64,000 bases of DNA from Yuukianura sp. NJ FZ-2021. Its lineage: Eukaryota. The DNA lies in NCBI GenBank assembly GCA_046563655.1, contig CM102287.1:9486001-9550000 (forward strand), given 5' to 3'. Every line of letters starts with the position of its first letter. The stretch's first letter is position 1. Position numbers and translations under genes: made by a program. Positions 35,675 to 47,056 of the stretch are shown in pieces. The notes beneath the pieces are model-generated. The model was given only the letters and a program-made list of their open reading frames with translations, was not told the DNA's origin and ran no database searches.

Positions 35675-37371
35675 ATGTCAGTTTCGAAAGATTTGAAAGA
35701 AATTTTGGTGGAGCATTTACCAAAACAAGAACTGGAGTTCGTTTGGAACATACTGTATGGTAGTGTTATAGATTCAGAAAAGGTGAGGTCAGAGGTCAAA
35801 TTTTTTTAATAGAGTAGTACTTAATACTACTTTAAAAAAAAGTTCAGATTTTTTTTCAAAAATGTGAAATCTTTAGGTTTTGGAGACTAGTTCATCAGGA
35901 TTGGTAGCAAAGTCATACTCTCTTGTTCAAAATGATGACCAAGGTCAAAGGTCAAGGTCAAGGTCACTCAAGCTCGGACTATGTCAAATGTCACTGCATG
36001 CTCCAACGACTGATCCAGTATCTGTCCAGAAAACAGCAAATATACAACAAGGCCTCGACTTTCTTCAACTTGCAGCAAAATCACAAGTCAAAATTTTTTG
36101 CTTCCAGGAACTTTGGAGTTGAGTTTTCGAAATTCAGCAAATATTGCAATTTTATGAATTTCAATTTTTGCAACTTGCATATTTTTTAGCAATGCCAATG
36201 GGATTCTGTACGGGAGAAAAACTTCCTTGGGTGGAATTTGCAGAAGACGCACTCGAAGGCCAAACTACAAAAACGCTTCAACCTCTGGCCAAACTCTACG
36301 ACATGGTCATTGTCCGTAACTTTTTTCAAAATGCCAAAAACTCAAAATTTTGAAAAAATGTGAAATTTTGATTTTTGTTGTTGTCAGATTTCGCCAATAC
36401 TTGAAGTGGATTCCAACGGAGAGTACTGGAACTCGGCTGTTGTGATTGATGCAACTGGAGAAGTACTTGGGGTGTACCGGAAAACGCACATTCCGATAGC
36501 CGGAAACGAATCCATTTATTTCCGACATTCGAACCGGCCCATTCCGGTTTTTCAGGTGACTCAAAAAATTGTGACTTTTTTTTCCGAAATTTCGATTTTC
36601 AACTTTTGCCACCTTTTTAACAGACGAAATTTGGTAAAGTCGGAGTAGCTATTTGCTACGATCGACACTTCGCCCAGTGCTGGTACGCACTGCGATTAGC
36701 TGGAGCCGAAGTAGTTTTCAATCCCTGCGCCTCAGTTGCAAGTTTCAGCGAACATTTATGGCGAGTCGAAGGTCGTGCAGCGGCAGTAGCCAACGGTTTT
36801 TTCGTGGCTTCTATAAACCGTGTCGGAACGGAAACTTTTGTCGTACCGGGAAACGGAACTGTACCGAACGAAAAACGACGCGAATTTTACGGATCGAGCT
36901 ACGTCGCGTCGCCTACAGGAAGTTGCACGCCGGTAACAAAAAAACTTGGTTTAAGTTTTGGCTCGCACTGTTTTGTTTAGATTATCTTACCAAGTGCTTT
37001 AGTTTTAGTGTTAATTATTAATTAATCACATATTAATGTATTTCATAGATAATTATTATATTGCATTTATTAAGTTAAACTTAATTTTACTTAACTTTTT
37101 TAGGGATCATCAACTGAGCAGAGCGAACTTCTAATAGTAGAAGTGGATTTACTAGACCAAGCATCGTATCAAACTGGCCATCGTTTATTTAAAGTAAAAT
37201 TTTAGGAAAAAGAAATTTTTTGAACACTGGTTATGTTATCAAATCTTTTTAAACTTTTTTTTTTTTGAAATTTTGTTTGAAATGTAGTTGTAAAAAGTGA
37301 CTTTTTTATGTTTTTAGGAAAGACTTGCAGTGCTAGAAGAAATTGGGAAGCAATTTGAAGCCAAAAGCTGA
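35675..37371 (+). CDS. Beta-ureidopropionase-like nitrilase-family amidase (divergent)
   Basis: [58 protein letters not shown] triad intact. Confidence 0.88.
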
Positions 37372-37717
37372 GCAGCAGTGAATTTAAAAAGACAAAAACT
37401 GCAAAAAAAATTTTGATGTCAATTTTTTGTGATATTTTGGAAATTGATGGAAATTGATTCACTTTTTAGTGTGAAAAGAAAAAAACAACGACAAAATCAA
37501 AATCGTTTGCAATTTGCCGCTGCTGCTGACACGGGCATGAAAAATTTCCAATTTAAATCCAACCACTTCCGCTGTCACTCACTTCAGAATTCAAAAAAAA
37601 AATTCTTCTATCAAAAAATTTCTAATTTTAAACAGTCTCTCAGTTGCTTGTGCATCACAGCAGTGGTTGGTCATCTTTAAAAATTCGTCTGCAGAGGTCA
37701 AAGGTCACGGCGCTGAG

Positions 37718-38480
37718 ATGACTTTTGAGTGCATTCTGCTGCTCTCCTTAACTTTGGCGGGAAATTTTGAAAAAGTTGAATCAGGAGTTTTGATATTTTT
37801 GATTATCGAAGAAACACCAAAGTTTAGAGCAATTTCTGCAGAGGAGGGTCAACTAGAAGTGAGGTCAAGGTCACCGAATGTAACAGAGGTCAGCGAGATA
37901 CCAAAAGTTCCAGAACCTGGCGAACCGTAAGTGTAGTTGCAAAAATTTTGCGGAATTTGCAAATTTGCAAATTTTGGAAACACAGGTTGACAATTGGTGG
38001 AGGGAGACGCGGATTTCAAATAGGAATTGCTTTGTGCATTGTTTGGGTAGTCGTTGGACTCAAAATTATTTTGTGTTGCACAATTGTACTACGGCATGAA
38101 CCCAGACGAGCTCCAATCATTCGGCACAATCTCAGGACGCAACAAGGTAAACAGTAAAACGTTCAACAAAATTGTTGTAAATTTCACAAAATGTTGAAAC
38201 AAGTTTCAATTGCATTTTAATTTGTATTTTTCCGATTCATTTCATGAAAATTCTAGTTGGACCATCCGGAAATGCGAGAATTCGTCGTGAGGAGTCGAAC
38301 TTAATGCATTTGCCAGAGGAAGAGGAAGAAGATGTGTCTGAGAGGTCAAAGGTCACGAGGTCAAAGGTCACAAGGTCAGAGGTCACCGGCCCAGCAGTGG
38401 CTGCTGGCCAGTGTGCGTTGAGTGGACAAGAATCAACGACCCCACCGCCCCCTTATTCCTCCCTTGGAATCAATCTCTAA
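37718..38480 (+). CDS. Small single-pass membrane protein with a cytoplasmic PPPY motif
   Basis: Three phase-compatible exons; TM segment IGIALCIVWVVVGLKIILCC; C-terminal TPPPPYSSL. Confidence 0.6.
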
Positions 38481-38735
38481 AATTATAACTACACATTAAA
38501 GTTGATAAAAAGATGCTAATAAATGTGAAATATAGTAATACATAATAATAATTAGTATTAGTATTAATATATATGTTTGGAAGAATATAAAAAATACTAT
38601 AAATATTGTCAAGATTTTACGCCATTCACAGAAATTAATATTTTGAGTTGCCCGAAGAACGCGAGTTTTCGGATAGTTCGGGATAAAAGGCTTCACATCA
38701 CTGGGATTTTAATTCAACATTTTCTGAGTTTTAAA

Positions 38736-40161
38736 ATGAACACAAATTGGCACATCCTACTGTCCGTCATCTTCGTGACCTTGGCAGGTCATTTCAACTT
38801 GACCTTTGGAGTTGACCTTCCAAACAAAAGTGGTAAACATGAGGATCGTGCTAAACGGTGGGTGGATCTGGCAAAAGTCACTGACGACGAAGATTCCCTC
38901 AAAAACGTACCAAAACCATGTGAGGAAATCGTAAATTTTGAAATTCTTGGCAAATGAATAATTTCCAAAAAAAAATCGAATTTTTATGAATTTCACTTTG
39001 CAGCAAAGCTGTTCTGTGGAAATGACACGAAAAGGCGCGTGACCTCTCCAGTGTCCCTTGGAGGTCCAATGGGGGTCAAAGGTCAAGGTCAACAGGGAAG
39101 TGGTGGCGGGACTAATCAAAAGTCAAAAAATCAAACACTTCGGTTCAACAAGCGCTATACAAAGATCCGTGACCTTTTGTTCTACCAAAACGATGGAGAA
39201 AAGTGTAAGGTCAAGGTCAATTTTTAGGTCAAATTGTGGTCAGCTTATTTCTGAAGATCAAGTTTTTTGAAAAAACAGTGACATTTCAGCTTTATGAAGA
39301 AGACAGTTCAGACGCCTCAGTTCGTGGAGAGAACTGGGATGACGAGTACGTTTTAGCCAAAGGTCAAGGTCAAATTTAAGTTTTAGAGGTCAAAGATATT
39401 AAAGTTTAAGATTGTTGACCTTTGACCTCTCAGGTCAGTTTCAGTGGTGCCACAGTGCCTGGTGTGGAGCTGGACATAAGATTCATGGAAGAATTTTTCC
39501 AGTTGAACTGGAACTGATTCACTACAGGAGGTCAGACGAGTCACTGGCTAAAGCTTGGAAGAAAGGCGGCGTGCTCATCATCTCTGTACTTCTGCGCGTA
39601 AATTCTGTACAGATTTTGTAATAGTTGACCTTTGACCTTTTCACCTTTGACTGACCTTTCAGCTTGTCTCTAGAGGCGTCCCGACCTTGACCCCGTTGCT
39701 TAGCAACATTCCGTACGTGGCTCAGCCTGGACCGCTCAAACTGCTTCACGCGCCGGTAAATTTTCGTCAACTGCTGCCGTCTGGTGATGGATTTTTTACG
39801 TACGAAGGATCCTATACCTTCAGCCCTTGTTACGACAGAGTCCAGCGTATTGTCTTCGAAACACCAATTGGAATTGATGATCAACAGGTAAGCAAGGTCA
39901 TTGACCCTTAAGTACCCCCGGGGTAACTTTGAATTGACCTTTGACCTTCCACAGATGAGCTACTTCCAATACCTGCTGTACGAAGACAAGACGCCAATGA
40001 AAAACAACTTTGCACCGTTACAGGAAGCCGGTGCACGCACTGTAACGTACTACGATCATGGATTTACAATCGTCACGCGCCAAAAGCTACTCAAAGTTGA
40101 AAAACGTTCGCATAAGCATGGCGAACTGAAACGCCGAAAATTTGTGCCATCGGGACAGTAA
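38736..40161 (+). CDS. Secreted alpha-carbonic anhydrase-related protein lacking zinc ligands
   Basis: Signal peptide; GQFQW...GAGHKIHGRIFPVELELIHY; FFTYEGSYTFSPC; NNFAPLQ. Confidence 0.85.
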
Positions 40162-40362
40162 ATCCACGCCTAAAATTTAAAAAATCCCGCCTTTTCTGAC
40201 GAGGATGTTGATGACCCCCGCATCTCTTGAATTAAAAGTTTGACGTCATGGGGTCATTGACCTTCCTGTTTCTTTGTCTAATCACTTTTTTTCTGAAACA
40301 CGGCTCTAAACAGTCTGTTTCTGTTTTACTTGTTGTTTTGTTGTTCAAACAGCGTTTAAAAC

Positions 40363-41447
40363 ATGTATTTCTTGTTGTTGGTGTACTTTTGCGTACTCGG
40401 GGTCAAAGGTCAAGAGGGTACTCCAGTCCCTACTCTGCCTCCCGAAAGTGACCCACCCACCCCAGCACCGATAGTCGTGTCACCACCGTTGGAAATTACT
40501 CATACGGTAAGTCATGGCCAACATAGTAACTGCCCAATGTTCATTTTAGGATTATCAACTACCAGAAACCGGAAGCCACTAGGCAATTGTGGACAGTACT
40601 GGACACTGCTGGCAGTAATTTTTGGAAAATAGCTAAATATATCGTAAAATAAATATTTTAGTAAATATTTCACTGATTTTTAGTACAACAACATATGTTT
40701 TGCCCCTCTAGTCATGAACCTCACACAATTCCAGGTGACCTTTGAAATTGAACTGGCTCCCAGCGGCAACTCACAGAAACAAAGTCTGGGGAATTTTACC
40801 GTTGGACTTTTCGGTAAAACCGTACCGAATACCGTTGCTAACTTTGTTAAATACGCCAAGAGTCGAACTAAAGGAAACCAGTATGAGGGCACTGCGTTTC
40901 ATCGGATCATCCGCGGATTCATTGTCCAAGGTGGTGAGCTCAATGGGACCGACGGTGAGAGTGGATTGTAAGGTCAAAGGTCAACTTTCTCTGAAACTCT
41001 TGTCACTTAATCCAACAATAACCGAAGTTTGAAATTTTAGCACCGAATCTGCCCTGTGGTTCCCTTCTGAGAACTTTGAGCTGAAGCATATCGGAGCCGG
41101 TTGGGTATCGATGGCAAACGGCGGGAAAAGCAACGGGTCTGACACAAACGGCTCACAGTTTTTTATTACCCTGGCTCCTCAGTCTCAATTGGACGGACTT
41201 AACGTTGTGTTCGGAAAGGTCATAGCTGGAATGGTAAGTTTTCTTAAAAATGTCAAGGTCAAGGTCACGAGGTCAACTGAATTTTTTCAATTTTTAACAG
41301 CCAGTCGTTCGTAAAATGGAAAAGGTCGAAATTGATCCAAAAAATGACAAGCCCGTGAGAAGTGTTGTCATCAAGAGTTGCAAAGCAGTCGACCTGCAGA
41401 ATCCTTATCCAACTACACTGAACGAAGCAGCTAACGAATTCATCTGA
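40363..41447 (+). CDS. Secreted cyclophilin (CypB-like), divergent
   Basis: Signal peptide; [61 protein letters not shown]. Confidence 0.9.
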
Positions 41448-41689
41448 GAGGTCACGAGGTCAAAGGTCAACTTCTAAACATATACATTGATTTACTTAAC
41501 ATTAGTTAACAGAATCGATCCGTAGTAGTAAATGCAATTATGAAATCTCGCGGTTAGCATGGATATTTTTGTGTTCTAGTTTTTAACTTTGTTGAATTTT
41601 TCGTTTTCAGTCATCTTTTTTTCCGAATTATATTTTTGGTTAGATTTTTTTTTGTTTTTGAGTACATTTTTTCGAGAAATCTATCTAGC

Positions 41690-43482
41690 ATGAATCGAAA
41701 TCGTCAATTGGTTCGTGGCAATAACCTGAAAAGTAATGCTAAGAATCCTCCACCTCCGCCGCCACCCACTCCAGCATTGATTCCAATAGAGGACACGCCC
41801 AGTTGTAAGGAATACTTACGCTCGGCGGGAGAACTCGGCTTGTCATGGAGCAAGGTAAAAATTCTGACCTTTGACCTTTGACCTCTGATCTTGACATCAA
41901 TTTACTTTGATCTGTAGGTTCTACATGTCATGATTCCAGGGACATTGGTCTACTCACCTTTTTTCGTTCGACCGCTCATGACCATGGCTAGTTTCGGTAC
42001 ACGCGGAAACACTGCTGACGAAATTTCAGAAGCCGTTCGGATTCCACGATCAGTTCCGGCTGAAGGCGCCGACTTTACTTTTCGCTCATTTTGTCAAACA
42101 CAGGAGAACATCAGATCGTACTTCACGGTATACTTTCAGAAAAAACGCCAGAATTTTAGAAAATTTTGAAATTCGTAAATGTTTTTTTTTTTAGAAATTT
42201 CATGACGAGAATGTCAAATGTCACTTCCTGGAATCACGGTCGTTTTGGATCAAAAAAGGATTTGAAATTAGCGCGCCATTTCTGGAACAGTTTACAGCCT
42301 TGTTCCCAACGGCTACATTCCAGGAACTGGAATTTTACGACTCTATTGCTGCTTCGGCTCGGATGAACTCTTGGCTTTCCAAAGAAACTGATCATCACAT
42401 TGGTCCAGTCATCAAAGAGCGTAAGTTTCCATGATTAACGCCATGACCTTTGACCTTTAGCCTTTGCTGTTTCATAAGGTGACCTCAACGAATTTACGCG
42501 GATTGTCTTATTACATGGAATTTACTTTTGTGGCAACTGGAAAACGCCTTTTGCTGTTCAAAATACGATGCCGGGAAAATTCAAACTCAATTTGAAACGG
42601 AGGATTGAAGTGCCCATGATGAATCGAACTGGAAAGTTCCTTTATGGAGAATTTCCAGCGATTGACGCCGTTGCAGTAGCGATTCCATTTCATGTAAGAT
42701 TTGACTTTAAAAAAAATCAAAATTTTAGTTTTGACTGAAATTTCAATTTTTGGGTTTTTAGAAAGAAGCTCTGTACTTGGTAATAATTTTACCAAAATCT
42801 GGAACGAATCTGGACAAACTACGCATGCGTGGAATTCCACATCCAGTTTTCAAGGTCATGAAAGAACGTCTTCTGAGCGTCTCAATCCCCCGCTTTACAA
42901 TCCAAACTCAGCTCCACCTCATTCCACTTCTGCATCACGTACCACGAATTTTCGAAATTTTGAAAAAAAAAATCCAAAATTTCAATTTTTTTTTGTTTAG
43001 ATTGGTGTGAAATCAATGTTTGACCCGATGTCAGCTGACTTCTCAGGCATAACTGGCTACATTCCAGGCGGAAGTGGTCTGTTCGTGTCAGAGGTCATTC
43101 AGGTCGTCAAAATCGAGGTCAACGAAGGTCAAAATATTGCCCCGCCGCCTGCTCCACCACAACAACCAGCAAAGACTGGTAAGCAAAAAAAGCGGGAAAA
43201 GTCAAAATCAAAACCAATTTTGACCTTGAGGCAAAATTTGCTTTTGCAGGTCAGAGGTCAAAGTCATTGGACAAAGGTGGACCACCAAAACGCCCCTCCC
43301 CCGCCCGTGGCCGTTCTCCGCGTCGTGACAAAAGTGGTCGCAGCCGAAGTGGGAGTGGGAGAGGTGGGGCCACCAAGCCGTTTGTGGTGGATCATCCCTT
43401 CATATTTCAAGTAATTGACAAGAAGACGAACACTCTGCTGATTGATGGGACTTGCATGGATCCTTCGGCAGTTCCACCCTGA
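41690..43482 (+). CDS. Serpin with no evident signal peptide and a greatly extended Pro/Arg/Ser-rich reactive centre loop
   Basis: LVYSPF, GTRGNTADEI, GIYFCGNWKTPF, VPMM, SIPRF, ADFSGITG, LFVSEVIQVVKIEVNE, FVVDHPFIF; start codon tentative. Confidence 0.85.
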
Positions 43483-43813
43483 CAAGGAAATTTACTCGGA
43501 GGGAGATTTCAAAAAACCAGAATTTTCTAAAAAGATTTTTTAAAAAAACCAGATTTTTCCAAAAAGAGTACATAAATCACATGTTATTTTGACAATTAAC
43601 TTGATTAACTCGTTAATTGATGCACAAACTCCCTCCTTCCGAAGTTGAATATCCTCAACTGAACTGCAATCTCAAAGAAAACTTGATTTTTTTTCCAAAA
43701 CCAAAAACTTGATTTTTTTTTCAGTTTGGCAAGTTCTTTGACTTCAAAATTCAAAGTTCAAATTGAGTTCATTTTTGCAACTGAATTCCTGTTTCAGTAG
43801 TGTCTAAGTAGCC

Positions 43814-46800
43814 ATGATGGATAAAGGTATGGCATAAACTCATTCAAATTCAAAATTTTGAAAAATCTGGTCTTGAATTTTCGTGTTTTTTTGCTGTAGG
43901 TCTTTTGGTTTTTGTGCTTTCGGTGCTCCAGCTGTGTGGACATGGAAATGGCGCAGACTTTATTGAGTCTGTGCATGCGCAGGGAGCAGACATTGCGAAA
44001 GAAATGGTCGTGGAGGGGTCACAGGTCGTGTGGAGTCCATTCTCTGTAGTCAATGTACTTCCACTCATCAACGGAGATGAGTCACTCAAAGTCGGATTCA
44101 AAACGGCCATAGATCACTTCAAGGTTGGTCGATTTTTTAAAAATTTTGGACAAATTTTGAAAAAAAAATTCAAGTTTCTTACAGCTTTTATCGATGTAGT
44201 TGCGTCGGAAGTGATCAAATGAATAGCGCTCGTTTCGTCGTTTCTGATTGGCTGATTTTTTGTTTTCAAATGTCGTATTTTGATTGGCTAAATTGTTGCG
44301 TATTTTTCTGATTGGTTGAAGGCTGAAATGTCGTAGTCTGATTGGTTGAAAGCTGGAATGTCGCAATCTGATTAGTTGAAAGTTAGGTGAATTGTCGCAA
44401 TCTGCTTGGTTAAAAGCTAATGATTGCGTGAAAGCGAAAATGTCGCAATCTGAGTGGTCGAAGCTGAAATGTCGTAATCTGATTGGCTGATAGCTAAAAT
44501 GTCGCATTCTGATTGGTTGACTTTTTCGTATGTAGGAAGATGGAGGTGTGAAAATTTCGAGGCTGACTACGGTATTTACGAAGGACAGGTCAAAGGTCGA
44601 ATCGCTTGGAAAAGAATATGGAGTGGAGGTTAACGAATTTCCGGCGTCAAATGTACAGGAAGTTGTCCAAGAAAAATATAAGGAGGAGTTTGGAATCGAA
44701 CCTCCGGCTGGACTTATTCCAGAAAGTACGCTAACCAACTTGCTAGTTTCTACTCTGAGATTTTTTTTTGAAAATTTCAAAAAAAATTGGTTTTTTATAC
44801 TTTCCAGAAGTTGACAATGTCACTCAACTTTTTCTGACGAGTTTGCTCGTGAAGGCTGAATGGGCTACACCGTTCAAATACGCTCCAAGAAATCGCTTTT
44901 TCCTCAACGCAACTCATGCAGTCAAAGCTCGCTACATGACGAACGTTGGATATTATATGCATGGACAAGTTCCAGGAGTGGATGCCGAAATTTTATCAAT
45001 TCCACTAAAAAATGTAAGTTCCAGGTTCAAAATTTCAAAAAATTCAAAATTTTGAAACTCTTTTTGTATTTTAGACTTCAACAACAAGTTTTGTCGTGGT
45101 GGTTCCAAATAAAAATTCAACACTTCCGGTCGTCAGTGCACAATTTGCAGAAGCTCAAGTGGGATCAATTTTACAAAAACTGGAAAAGAAACGCGTTCAT
45201 CTCACCATTCCAAAAATCAGCGTCGATTCTCAAGTAAGTTTCTTTAAAAAAAATGAAACACCTTCACATTATGGTTTGTAACAAAAATTTTTCAGCATCC
45301 ACACCGTTTTCCGAAATGATTAATCTAGGTCGCAATATTAGTTTTCTTTTTTGAAAAGTTGCTTGATCCTCCGTATTCTGTAATCCGAAAAAAAATCAAC
45401 CTGTTTATACCGATTTCTGCAATGAGAAAAAAAAAAGCATCGTGTTTTTACCGATTTCTGTAAAGAAAAAAAAAATCAACGTGTTTTTACCGATTTCTGC
45501 AAAAAAAAAATCAACGTGTTTTTACCGATTTCTGCAATCAGGAAAAAAATCAACATCTTTTTAGCGATTAACCGATTTTTTGTAGCTCCTCCTCCAACCA
45601 ATGCCGGACGTGAAAATCATCCAATCCGGTTCTCTCCGGTTTTCTTACGCCGGAATCGATAACCGCGTCGCGAAAATTCGTCGTTCAACTCACAAGTATG
45701 TCCGAACAAGGTTTAACAAGCGTGCATTCAGCGTCCCTGTCAACCGACCATTCATTTACATGATTTTTGACACTTCCGCTGGCGTTCTTAACTACGGTGA
45801 AGTTCTTTTGCCGCAAGAAGCTGCACCGCCGCACATGAATTTTCGGGCAGAAGAACCACCCCAGAAACTGTCCCAAAACGCACAAAATTTGGCCGCAGCG
45901 ACGTGCGACCGTGGAAATCAGCTGTTTCAAAGCATCAAGAACAATCAAGAGACGTTTGCCATTGGTCCTTTAGTATTGGCCAATCTGATGGCAAGTTATG
46001 CCACTGTAGCAAATGCGCAGACGCAAGAACTACTATTTTCGACGTTGAATTCGAAAGCAGGAATGGTCGAACTGTACCAATCAATTTGCTATCACAACTC
46101 CACTTCTAGTAATAGCACGCTCATTAGAGGTGGAAATGAAGCGTTGAAGGAAAAGGTCAATGACCTTGGGACTACAGTGACCTTGGATGACCCCGAGACG
46201 AGTGGATATGCAGAGTACAACTACGAGGTCAAGTTGAGGTCATCCAGGGGCTATGTGAGGTCATTTTATAAAAATGAACGGGATTCGGACAATGTCACTT
46301 TTTACGAACACATTGGGCATGTCAAGTACGTTGGACTTCACGTTTACGACGCCAAGGCTGTCTTACTATTTCCATCGGTAACGTCAAAAAAGTTCAAAAT
46401 TTTGTAACTTTTCGACAAATTTTGTTGCCTTTTGAAATTTTAGGCTGCCCAATCTCTTCTCCTGTTCGTTCCGAATGAAAGATCGGGATTGCATTTGGTT
46501 GAAGACGGACTGAAGGACTTTAGTGTGGCCAAATTGTTGTGTCAAATGCGTGATCGAAATGCACGCGTGCGTCTACCGAATTTTAAAATTCAGTCGTCAG
46601 TTGATGTGCTGCCAGCATTCAAAGAAGTTCTTAATGTCAATGACATTGAAATTGAAGGACTCGGTGGCAAGAAAATTCAAAGCCTGGTTCACAACGTCAC
46701 CATCAGTATAACTGGAGGACAAGGTAAATTTTTCCAAATCAAAAATTTTGTAGAAATGTGAAATGTGAAATTTTGAAACATATTTTGAAATTTGTATTAC

Positions 46801-47056
46801 AGATTCACTAAAAAGCAACAAATACAGAAAGTACAGTTCACCTCACCGACGCCGCCCTTCAACCCGCATCAACGTCGACAGGCCTTTCATTTTTTACGTG
46901 TTAGACAAATCTGGTGGGACACTGGCGGTGGGACGCATGACCCAAGTGGGACAGGAAGAAGACGAGCGTGTGGCCCCACCGAAATCCACTGAAGTAACTC
47001 CAGTAGGTACAGAAGTCACATCAGCAGTCACAGAGATCACGAAAACAACTGAATGA
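43814..47056 (+). CDS. Secreted protein with two tandem degenerate serpin domains
   Basis: Signal peptide; domain 1 VVWSPFSV, KAEWATPF, LTIPKI, VNRPFIYMI; domain 2 FAIGPL, LLLFVPN, VRLPNFKIQS, VDRPFIFYV; all junctions are phase-compatible. Confidence 0.75.
44243..44520. repeat. Degenerate ~30-bp tandem array with repeated CTGATTGG, intronic
   Basis: Unit approximately TCTGATTGGTTGAAAGCTGAAATGTCGCAA, about 8-9 copies. Confidence 0.85.
45387..45580. repeat. Degenerate 35-41 bp tandem repeat, about 5 copies, intronic
   Basis: Unit A(n)TCAACGTGTTTTTACCGATTTCTGC. Confidence 0.8.

Noticed and set aside
35675..37371. Recent bacterial horizontal transfer of the amidase (CYDRHF motif)
   Set aside because: It has six spliceosomal introns and a eukaryotic UPB1-type N-terminal extension
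44082..44780. 232-aa minus-strand ORF with QPIRLRHFS repeats
   Set aside because: It is a translation of the 30-bp intronic repeat plus the antisense of a serpin exon
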